Part shown: one piece after another, positions 37,414-44,927 of the stretch
How the letters are laid out: every line of letters begins with the position of its first letter
How positions within the stretch are numbered: position 1 is the first letter of the stretch
Origin: an uncultured Rickettsiales bacterium
GTDB taxonomy: Bacteria; Pseudomonadota; Alphaproteobacteria; Rickettsiales; UBA8987
Reading direction: 5' to 3'
NCBI GenBank assembly: GCA_964424715.1
Contig: CAYRJW010000003.1
Span: forward strand, 1 to 49,173
Length of the DNA: 49,173 nucleotides
Program-made: the position numbers and the translations under genes
Notes under the pieces: generated by a model
Seen by the model: the letters and a program-made list of their open reading frames with translations, nothing else
What the model was told of the DNA's origin: nothing
Databases searched by the model: none

Positions 37414-39450
37414 ATGAAAAAGATTACATTAATTATTTTAGTCTATTTAATTACTTCTACTAATTGTAAGGCAGCAAATTTATTTGATAATGCAGACGAA
37501 AAGTTAGAAATACAAAAATATAACGCACAAGTACAAGATAGTTTTAATTCTATTTCAAAAACATTAAATCAGATAGACAGTCTGCAAGCAACGATGACTG
37601 TTAGCAGCAAATACAATGAAATTAAAAGTAGTTGTGCAGAATATGAAAAACTATACCAGAGTGCTAACGAGGGCAATGCAGAAGACCAATATGTTTTATC
37701 TTTATTATATTTTGAAGGTATATGTTCTGAAAAAGATTCAAAAAAAGCTTTAGAATTTATGGAGCAATCGGCAGACAATGGCTATATTCTTGCCATTAAA
37801 GACGTTGCTCGCGCATATTATTCTGGTGAAGTTGTAGAACAAAATACGAATAAAGCCATTCAATATCTTGAAAAAGGGGATAAAATTAATGACCCAGAGT
37901 CTCAACAGCTATTAGCTGAAATATATCTTGATGCAAAAAATATAGTCAAAGATTTTAAGAAATCCGAAGAATATTTTATAAAATCATATGATAACGGGAA
38001 TAAAGAAGCTTCTGTTATACTTGCAGGAAATTACATAAAAGGGGCTTTTGGTAATACTGATTACAATAAAGCGTATAAATGGGCTCTGAAAGGGGCTGAA
38101 AATAATCTACAGCAAGCTTATTACCTTTTATCAGCCATGACATATGATCCTACATATAAAGTAGATGCTGTAGAAAGCCTAAAGTGGGCATACTTGTCGG
38201 CACAAGGTACAAATGAAAAAATTAGTGAGGAAGCTAAAAAACGTATTACAATTTTTGAAAAGAATTTTACATCTGAACAAATTTTAGTAGCTCAAAAGTT
38301 AAGTAAAAAATGGATTAATAAATTTGACATTACAGCAAATATTGAAGATGAAAATCCTCTGCCAAATATTAATGGCGTTTCAATAGAAAATCTAAATCAA
38401 GAATCTGCCAGAGCATTGTTATTAAATAATAATATTAAGTTAACCTCAAAGAACTTCGGCAAGAGTGTATCTGAAAATAATCTTAAAGTTTTTAAAGTTT
38501 TCGAAATTGCAGGCGCGGATATATCTATGCCAATCCCAACTAATTGGTACGCAACCCCATTATTAATTGCTGTTGATTATAACTCTAAAGAAGTTTTTGA
38601 TTATTTAATAAATAAAGTTGATAAAAAATCTATTGATTCAAAAAATCAAAGTGGTTTCACAGCTCTTCACAGAGCTGTTGCGCATCGTAGAATTGAAATG
38701 ATAGACAAATTACTAGAACGTGGGGCAGACGTTAATAATCAATCTGTAGGTCTTATAAACGAATCTATACTATCTTATGCCATCTCTGACAAAGACGAAG
38801 ATGAATTGGTAAAAAAACTTTTAGATGCTGGAGCAAAACCAAATACTTTTGGTAGTACAGGTAATACACCAGCAATATCTGCTATTAGTGCAGGAGCTCC
38901 AAAAAGCTTATCATTACTTATAAAAGCGGGTGCTGATTTAAATAAAGTGAAAGAAAAGAATACAATAATAAATGCTTTGAAAGATACAAAAAGTAATTTA
39001 CCTGAGATTATTGCAGTTATAAAACAAAGCAACTACCAACCGACTAAGCAATTAAAATGTGAAGATCTATTTTACTCAATATTCAAGAATAATGGCGTAC
39101 TTTCAAACTATTTTATAAATAATGCTAATGATGTTGACTGTAAATTTACTGATACAGGCTCAACAGTACCAACGAATGAACAATCTAATGCTGAATTAAT
39201 GGATATAGCTAGGAATGAAGGTACTCCTTTATTTTTAGCAATATATAAAGATAATTTGGCTACTGTTAAAGAAATATTAAAACATAACCCGAGCCTTACA
39301 CATAAAGTATCTATTCTGGGCAAAAAGTTAAACGCGCTAGAGTATGCTAAGATAAAAAATAATAAATTTATTATTCAAAATATCGAAGAAGTTTCCAAGA
39401 AACCGTGGAATAGGTTAAAGGCTTTAAAGAGCAGTCTATTCAACAATTAA
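37414..39450 (+). CDS. secreted Sel1-like-repeat plus ankyrin-repeat protein (eukaryote-like repeat effector candidate)
   Basis: 678 aa. Signal peptide MKKITLIILVYLITSTNCKA. Several Sel1/SLR units (e.g. NAEDQYVLSLLYFEGICSEKDSKKALEFMEQSADNG). C-terminal ankyrin units (GFTALHRAVAHRRIEMIDKLLERGADVNN; GNTPAISAISAGAPKSLSLLIKAGADLN). Confidence 0.8.
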   Translation: MKKITLIILVYLITSTNCKAANLFDNADEKLEIQKYNAQVQDSFNSISKTLNQIDSLQATMTVSSKYNEIKSSCAEYEKLYQSANEGNAEDQYVLSLLYFEGICSEKDSKKALEFMEQSADNGYILAIKDVARAYYSGEVVEQNTNKAIQYLEKGDKINDPESQQLLAEIYLDAKNIVKDFKKSEEYFIKSYDNGNKEASVILAGNYIKGAFGNTDYNKAYKWALKGAENNLQQAYYLLSAMTYDPTYKVDAVESLKWAYLSAQGTNEKISEEAKKRITIFEKNFTSEQILVAQKLSKKWINKFDITANIEDENPLPNINGVSIENLNQESARALLLNNNIKLTSKNFGKSVSENNLKVFKVFEIAGADISMPIPTNWYATPLLIAVDYNSKEVFDYLINKVDKKSIDSKNQSGFTALHRAVAHRRIEMIDKLLERGADVNNQSVGLINESILSYAISDKDEDELVKKLLDAGAKPNTFGSTGNTPAISAISAGAPKSLSLLIKAGADLNKVKEKNTIINALKDTKSNLPEIIAVIKQSNYQPTKQLKCEDLFYSIFKNNGVLSNYFINNANDVDCKFTDTGSTVPTNEQSNAELMDIARNEGTPLFLAIYKDNLATVKEILKHNPSLTHKVSILGKKLNALEYAKIKNNKFIIQNIEEVSKKPWNRLKALKSSLFNN

Positions 39451-39458
39451 ACTGATTT

Positions 39459-39752
39459 ATGACACAGAAAAAGCAAAACGAGTATGTAGATGTTTATTAT
39501 GGGATACATATGGGCACATTTGAAGTCATGTCTGTATGGGTAACTAGAGGCGGCAAAATGTCTTGCGGAGCACATACTCATACTATTATGCCAGGACGTA
39601 ATATAGTAAGTGAGCTTATTATAGTTTTTAATATCGCCGATGCAGTTAGTATTCGTCCTGAAGATTTACAAAAAGACTTTGCAAAGCAGATAAAAGCTGA
39701 CCTTGAAATTAAAGCTCAGGAAATGAAAAAAGCAAAGCTTGGTAAAAAGTAA
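39459..39752 (+). CDS. hypothetical small protein (island cargo)
   Basis: 97-aa ORF starting 8 nt after the Sel1/ankyrin gene stop, on the same strand. Lys-rich C-terminus. No family recognised. Confidence 0.45.
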   Translation: MTQKKQNEYVDVYYGIHMGTFEVMSVWVTRGGKMSCGAHTHTIMPGRNIVSELIIVFNIADAVSIRPEDLQKDFAKQIKADLEIKAQEMKKAKLGKK

Positions 39753-39770
39753 GGTAATGGTAAGGTTGCG

Positions 39771-39873
39771 GTTTAAAAGATGGGGTGTATAGTTTAAAAC
39801 GGTAACTGAGAGATTTTGGATAAAAACCTTGTTTTGAATGGTGGTTTAAAAGTGAGCTATGCCAGTTTAAAAG
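39771..39873 (+). promoter_or_regulatory. four phased GTTTAAAA(G/C) repeats next to attR (candidate recombinase/Xis arm-type sites)
   Basis: Copies at 39771, 39792, 39844 and 39865, forming two pairs with exact 21-bp spacing. The last copy ends 12 nt before the att core. Confidence 0.4.
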
Positions 39874-39885
39874 CCGAATACAGCC

Positions 39886-39931
39886 ATTCCTAATCACTAG
39901 GTCGGATGTTCGAATCATCTCGTTCCCACCA
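39886..39931 (+). pseudogene. 3' half of tRNA-Arg(CCU), from the anticodon loop to CCA (attR side)
   Basis: attcctaatcactaggtcggatgttcgaatcatctcgttcccacca is identical to nt 32-77 of the intact copy. Its first 9 nt repeat the last 9 nt of the 5' half at 30433-30441. Confidence 0.9.
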
Positions 39932-40000
39932 TTTCAGTAACCTTACCGGTCAATCTTCATATTTGCGGGCTATAGGAATTGATACCCTGTTTCACCAAAC

Positions 40001-40146
40001 AGTATAAAATTCTAAATTTTGAACTTCAAACCAATACCAGTTTCAGTGATGATATATTTTGGTTTTAACGGGTCATCATTAAGTTTTTACGAAGATGTTG
40101 GGTGTGAATACGCAGGTAGTTATTATTCTCTGGGGTGTATCTATTG
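40001..40146 (-). pseudogene. decayed duplicate of the kdpE 3' end (last ~45 codons plus ~13 nt downstream)
   Basis: Aligns by eye with 44231-44377. It translates as NRYTPENNNYLRIHTQHLRKNL, then after a 1-nt deletion reads ...KPKYIITETGIGLKFKI, against DRYTPENNNYLRIHTQHLRKKLNDDPLKPKYIITETGIGLRFKI in kdpE. The stop codon is lost. Confidence 0.8.
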
Positions 40147-40377
40147 TAGTTTGTTATGAAGATATGTTTCTGGAGTTTTTGTGGACTGTGTTGGATTGAT
40201 ATTTTGGTGACCCAACGTTGTAAATCAATATACTGTAAGCGGTTGAACTAGATTAACTTTTTAGCGCTTTTAAATAATCCCTAGCCGTTGTTATAATGAC
40301 TTGAAACATAGGTTGCAAGCCGACTATAACGAATACACATGAACTTTATCGTTAATTTATAAAAAGTATATGAACTA

Positions 40378-40413
40378 TTGACATACTAAAATATATCTAT
40401 ATATCTAGATATA
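40378..40413 (+). promoter_or_regulatory. putative ars promoter with palindromic ArsR operator
   Basis: TTGACA at 40378-40383. The 14-bp perfect palindrome TATATCTAGATATA at 40400-40413 abuts and overlaps the arsR ATG, so there is no obvious SD (short or leaderless 5' UTR). Confidence 0.4.
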
Positions 40414-40751
40414 TGGATATAAATAAAGCAATAACATCATTTTCGGCATTATCACAGGAAACCAGACTTAGAGTATTCAAGGCGCTTGTTGAATATGGTG
40501 AATCTGGGGCTGCCGCTGGTGTGCTTAGTAAGCATTTGGGTATAGTTCAAAATACACTTTCATTCCATTTATCATATCTTAGCCATGCCGGGTTAATATC
40601 ATCCCGTAAGGATGGCAGATCTATTATCTACAAAGCTAACTATAAGGTTATTGAAAACCTTATTGGCTACTTACAGGAAAACTGCTGCGTTCTTGAACCG
40701 TCAAAAGATTGCTGCCCACCAATTAAAACAACGAAAAGGAGAAAGAAATGA
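40413..40751 (+). CDS. arsR: ArsR/SmtB-family metalloregulator
   Basis: 112 aa. LSQETRLRVFKALV...LSKHLGIVQNTLSFHLSYLSHAGLISSRKDGRSIIY winged helix. C-terminal vicinal cysteines ENCCVLEPSKDCCPP. Confidence 0.88.
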   Translation: MDINKAITSFSALSQETRLRVFKALVEYGESGAAAGVLSKHLGIVQNTLSFHLSYLSHAGLISSRKDGRSIIYKANYKVIENLIGYLQENCCVLEPSKDCCPPIKTTKRRKK

Positions 40752-41203
40752 AACTTTCAGATGTTAAAAAAGCATTACCACAATTGTCCGCCGTGAATTT
40801 CAAATTACCAGATGGATCACATGTTCCGCAACATTTCCATGTTACAGAGGTTGGACTGGTTACAAAGCATTTTATCGATTGTGGTGGCGTGGAACGCAAA
40901 GAAACGGTTGTAAATTTCCAGTTATGGGAAGCAGGTGACTATGACCACCGTCTGGCACCGCAGAAATTTCTCAAAATACTGGATATTTCTAAGAAAGTTT
41001 TGGGTGAAGCCGAAGATTTGAATATTGAAGTTGAATACCAGCAAAGCACTATTGGTAAGTTTGATCTTGAATTTGATGGTAAGGATTTTATTTTGAGATC
41101 CAAGCAAACATCTTGTTTAGCTCAAGATGCCTGCGGTATCCCCCCAGAAAAAATGCCTAAAAAGGCGGCCACCAATTGTTCACCTAAAACCGGATGTTGC
41201 TGA
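40748..41203 (+). CDS. DUF6428-family protein (ars-operon associated)
   Basis: 151 aa. PDGSHVPQHFHVTEVGLVTKHFIDCGGVERKETVVNFQLW matches my recollection of DUF6428 proteins found between arsR and arsC. Cys-rich tail CSPKTGCC. The start overlaps the arsR stop. Confidence 0.6.
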   Translation: MKLSDVKKALPQLSAVNFKLPDGSHVPQHFHVTEVGLVTKHFIDCGGVERKETVVNFQLWEAGDYDHRLAPQKFLKILDISKKVLGEAEDLNIEVEYQQSTIGKFDLEFDGKDFILRSKQTSCLAQDACGIPPEKMPKKAATNCSPKTGCC

Positions 41204-41682
41204 TGAACATTCTAGTACTTTGTACTCACAACTCTTGCCGCAGTGTCATGGCAGAAGGATTGTTGCAACATTATGGCAAGGGCAAGTTTAAAGCTTATTC
41301 CGCAGGTAGTTTCCCATCTGGGAAAATAAACCCAAAGGCCTTAGAAATCCTACGAAAAAATAATATATGTGCTGACTATAACAATTTCAAAAGCCAGAGC
41401 TGGGATGATTTCGAAAATATTAAAATGGATATTGTTATAACCGTTTGTGATCAAGCTGCAGGTGAAAGCTGTCCATTATTTTTAGGTTCTGCTATAAAAG
41501 CACATTGGGGAGTTGAAGACCCATCAGCAATAAAGGGCAGTAAAACTCAAGTTGATATGGCATTTCAGAAAGTGTTTAAGATATTGGAAAAAAGAGTAAT
41601 TACTCTAACAAACTTAGATATTAAAAACTTAGATAAAGAAGAGCTTAAGTCCAGGCTTAATAAAATAGGTAAAGAGATATAG
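41194..41682 (+). CDS. arsC: arsenate reductase, LMW-PTP/thioredoxin-coupled type
   Basis: CX5R P-loop LCTHNSCRS plus downstream Cys pair VCDQAAGESCP. The alternative in-frame ATG at 41203 overlaps the upstream stop (TGATG) and may be the true start. Confidence 0.88.
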   Translation: MLLMNILVLCTHNSCRSVMAEGLLQHYGKGKFKAYSAGSFPSGKINPKALEILRKNNICADYNNFKSQSWDDFENIKMDIVITVCDQAAGESCPLFLGSAIKAHWGVEDPSAIKGSKTQVDMAFQKVFKILEKRVITLTNLDIKNLDKEELKSRLNKIGKEI

Positions 41683-41685
41683 TTT

Positions 41686-42711
41686 ATGACCAATAACAAT
41701 TCACCGCTTGGTTTTTTTGAGAGATATTTATCAGTTTGGGTTGGTTTATGCATTCTGGCTGGCGTTTTTCTAGGACATTTACTGCCTTCTGTCTTTCAGG
41801 CCATTGCACATCTTGAGTATGCAAATGTAAATTTCGTTATCGCTGTTTTTATATGGTTGATGATATATCCAATGATGGTGAATGTCGACTTTTCTAACCT
41901 GAAAGAAGTTACAAAAAAGCCAAAAGCGTTCCTAATAAGTTTTATAGTTACTTGGTTAATTATGCCGTTTAGCATGGCAGCACTTGGGGTTTTATTCCTA
42001 CAGCATATTTTTGCGGACTTGATACCAGCTGATGATGCAAAACAATATATTGCAGGTCTGATACTTTTAGGTGCCGCACCTTGTACAGCTATGGTATTTG
42101 TATGGAGTAGGCTTGTAAATGGTAACGCCAATTATACATTGGTTCAGGTTGCGCTTAATAATGTTATCATGATTTTTGCTTATGCGCCAATAGTTGCCTT
42201 TCTTCTTGGTGCCGCAGATATAATAATTCCTTGGAATACCCTTATTCTATCGGTAGTTTTATATGTTTTAATTCCGATGCTTACAGGCTATTTTACTCGA
42301 AAGAACCTACCAGAACAAAAACTAAAATCGTTTTTACACCATTTAAAACCTTATTCGGTTATTGGTCTACTTGCCACGGTTGTTTTACTGTTTGGTTTTC
42401 AGGCGGAAACTTTATTACAAAAACCGCTTGTTATAGCAATGATAGGTGCTCCTATAGTACTTCAAAGCTTCCTGATGTTTGGGCTAGCATACTTTTTAAT
42501 GTACAAAGCAAAGATACCTCATAACATTGCAGCTCCAGCGTCTTTTATTAGTGCCTCTAACTTCTTTGAACTTGCAGTTGCGGTAGCTATCAGCCTGTTC
42601 GGTCTTAATTCTGGCGCAGCACTTGCAACAGTTGTTGGTGTTTTAGTTGAGGTTCCTGCTATGCTATGGCTGGTTGGTATTGCTAATAAAACTAATAAAC
42701 ATTTCAAATAA
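41686..42711 (+). CDS. acr3: ACR3-family arsenite efflux transporter
   Basis: 341 aa, about 10 TM segments. Conserved GLILLGAAPCTAMVFVWS motif containing the essential Cys. Confidence 0.9.
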   Translation: MTNNNSPLGFFERYLSVWVGLCILAGVFLGHLLPSVFQAIAHLEYANVNFVIAVFIWLMIYPMMVNVDFSNLKEVTKKPKAFLISFIVTWLIMPFSMAALGVLFLQHIFADLIPADDAKQYIAGLILLGAAPCTAMVFVWSRLVNGNANYTLVQVALNNVIMIFAYAPIVAFLLGAADIIIPWNTLILSVVLYVLIPMLTGYFTRKNLPEQKLKSFLHHLKPYSVIGLLATVVLLFGFQAETLLQKPLVIAMIGAPIVLQSFLMFGLAYFLMYKAKIPHNIAAPASFISASNFFELAVAVAISLFGLNSGAALATVVGVLVEVPAMLWLVGIANKTNKHFK

Positions 42712-43412
42712 TGAGAAATCTTGGTTTACACAAAGAAATGCATCTTGTTGCAAGAGTTGGCTGGCTAAGAGCAGCTGTGCTTGGTGCTAATGATGGACTG
42801 ATCTCTACTGCAAGCTTGATAATGGGTGTTGCTGCAGCATCCGCAAGTAAAGGTGATATAGTTATCGCTGGTGTTGCGGGACTATTCGCCGGAGCACTTT
42901 CAATGGCGGCGGGAGAATATGTCTCTGTCAGCTCGCAGTCTGACACTGAAACAGCAGATATAGCCCGAGAGACAAAGGAACTAAAAGATAATCATGAGTT
43001 TGAAATGAATGAGCTTACGGATATCTATGAAAAACGCGGATTAGATAAAGAGCTTGCAAGAAAAGTGGCTGAGCAGCTAATGAAAAAAGATGCCCTACTT
43101 ACTCATGCACGTGATGAACTTGGAATAACAGATTTTAGTAAGGCGAACCCCATACAAGCGGCCATTACCTCTGCCATAACATTTACTGTTGGGGCGGCCC
43201 TACCTTTGCTAATGGTGGTAATATCTCCATTAGATATGATAACAACCACTGTTTCTGTAGCATCTCTGTTTTTTCTCTCGGTACTCGGTGCGGTTGGTGC
43301 AAAAGCAGGAAAGGCAAATATCTTAAAGGCTACCATTCGTGTTACATTCTGGGGAGCATTTGCTATGGCTGTTACAGCGATTATTGGTAAATTATTTGGT
43401 GCGGTCGTTTAG
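42711..43412 (+). CDS. VIT1/CCC1-family iron/manganese transporter
   Basis: 233 aa. AAVLGANDGLISTASLIMGVAAA, GEYVSVSSQSD and a C-terminal TM bundle. The start overlaps the acr3 stop (TAATG). Confidence 0.8.
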   Translation: MRNLGLHKEMHLVARVGWLRAAVLGANDGLISTASLIMGVAAASASKGDIVIAGVAGLFAGALSMAAGEYVSVSSQSDTETADIARETKELKDNHEFEMNELTDIYEKRGLDKELARKVAEQLMKKDALLTHARDELGITDFSKANPIQAAITSAITFTVGAALPLLMVVISPLDMITTTVSVASLFFLSVLGAVGAKAGKANILKATIRVTFWGAFAMAVTAIIGKLFGAVV

Positions 43413-43488
43413 CTTAATTATAAAAAGCATAATACGATTAATTGATAAAAATCAATGAAATAACAATATTATAAAATATAATTACAAT

Positions 43489-44037
43489 ATGAACATCATG
43501 AATCGCATACGCCTCTATCACGCAACCCTCGCTAGTTTATCTATACTCGCATATGTTACGGGAGAAGTTGGCATCATTCACTCTTGGCTTGGTTATGGGG
43601 TTGCCTTAGTTATAGGTTTCCGTTTGCTATGGGCATTAAGTGGCGAGCGTCAGGTTGGGCTTATGCGTTTCTATCCTTCCTTTGAAGGTCTGCGTTTTGA
43701 TAATGCTTTCACCCATCCATCAGTTAGCAAGTGCCTGATGCTTGGCATTGCAATAAGTGTGATCGCGGTAACATCAACCGGTATAGCTATAGATAAGGGA
43801 AAGGCAATTGGTATAAGTAATGCAGAATTAGTTAAAAGTGCTTATGCGGATGATAATGAGCACAAAAATAAAAAGAAACACAAAGATTTTTTAGATGAAG
43901 TTTTAGAAGAAACCCATGAGCTTTTTGCAAATCTGATGTTACTTTTTGTGGGTATGCATATCACTTATATTATTTTATTTAAGCGCCCATTGGCAAAATT
44001 TATGTTGTTTATGCCAAAAAGAAAGGACCAGAACTAA
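43489..44037 (+). CDS. small membrane protein, possibly cytochrome b561/Ni-hydrogenase b-type family
   Basis: 182 aa, about 4 TM segments with His residues in TM1/TM2 (IIHSWLGYG) and TM4 (FVGMHITY). Family assignment tentative. Confidence 0.35.
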   Translation: MNIMNRIRLYHATLASLSILAYVTGEVGIIHSWLGYGVALVIGFRLLWALSGERQVGLMRFYPSFEGLRFDNAFTHPSVSKCLMLGIAISVIAVTSTGIAIDKGKAIGISNAELVKSAYADDNEHKNKKKHKDFLDEVLEETHELFANLMLLFVGMHITYIILFKRPLAKFMLFMPKRKDQN

Positions 44038-44243
44038 AAAATATTTTTGTATTTACTTTAGCTTCCGTATCTGTTCATAAGAACCTTCTGGCGTTCGTAC
44101 ACGTTCGTATGGCCCAACGGGATTTGCCAGATTGGGCTATCTATTTGTAATATAACGAAAATAAGGTCCTAAAATTTAGGTCTATTCCCCGTTTTTACCC
44201 TGACTAGAGTCGGACATTTCAGGACTCACATTCGTATAAAAAC

Positions 44244-44927
44244 TCAAATTTTAAACCTTAAACCAATACCAGTTTCAGTAATAATATATTTTGGTTTAAG
44301 AGGATCGTCATTAAGTTTTTTTCTTAAATGTTGAGTATGAATACGGAGATAATTATTATTCTCTGGCGTATATCTATCCCATATTTCATTCAGCAACTGT
44401 TTTTGGGTAATTATCTTGCCAGCATTCTTCATTAATATTGAAAGCAGTTTGTATTCTTTTGGGGTAAGGCCAAGCTCTTCATTATTTAAGAACGCTATAC
44501 CTGCATCTAGGTCAATTCTAACACCGTTAATTTCAACTTTATGGGATTTTTCTTTGAGTTCTGAATGTCTGAGAGCAACTTTAATTCTGGCAATAAGCTC
44601 TGCATTGCTGAATGGCTTTGTAAGGTAATCATCAGCACCATTTTCCAGCGCTTTTACTTTATCCGCTTCCTGGCCTCTGGCGGATAGCACTATGATAGGA
44701 ACATTACTGAAACTTCTTATCTTATCTATCACTTCCGTGCCATCTATATCTGGCAAGCCCAGATCAAGCAGAACAATGTGAGGTTCTTCATCTTTTAGTT
44801 TCTTGATACCACCTCGGCCTGTTTCTTCTTCAACAACTTTAAATCCAGCCTGAGTGAGAGTGGAATTGAGAAATCTTCTGATCTCCAATTCATCATCAAT
44901 AACCAGTATTAATTTATCGTTACTCAT
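44244..44927 (-). CDS. kdpE: OmpR-family response regulator KdpE
   Basis: 227 aa. Receiver domain (VIDDE..., LLDLGLPDIDG, LSARG, TKPF) plus winged-helix output domain. The start overlaps the kdpD stop. Confidence 0.9.
   Translation of the reverse strand: MSNDKLILVIDDELEIRRFLNSTLTQAGFKVVEEETGRGGIKKLKDEEPHIVLLDLGLPDIDGTEVIDKIRSFSNVPIIVLSARGQEADKVKALENGADDYLTKPFSNAELIARIKVALRHSELKEKSHKVEINGVRIDLDAGIAFLNNEELGLTPKEYKLLSILMKNAGKIITQKQLLNEIWDRYTPENNNYLRIHTQHLRKKLNDDPLKPKYIITETGIGLRFKI

Larger units (their letters stand above)
30442..39885. mobile_element. ~9.4-kb integrative element (int-alpA-primase/VirE, P4-like/PICI-like satellite architecture) inserted in the tRNA-Arg(CCU) anticodon loop
   Basis: Flanked by the two tRNA halves, which share the 9-nt overlap attcctaat. 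Contains a tyrosine integrase, an excisionase-like HTH and an AEP-primase/VirE protein. Visibly more AT-rich than the flanks (judged by eye, not computed). A 23-bp direct repeat lies near both ends. Confidence 0.8.

Noticed and set aside
37414-39450. Sel1/ankyrin protein as an NLR/STAND-like anti-phage sensor
   Set aside because: It has a Sec signal peptide and no Walker A/B or other NTPase or effector motif that I can see. An exported repeat protein fits host interaction better than cytoplasmic defence.
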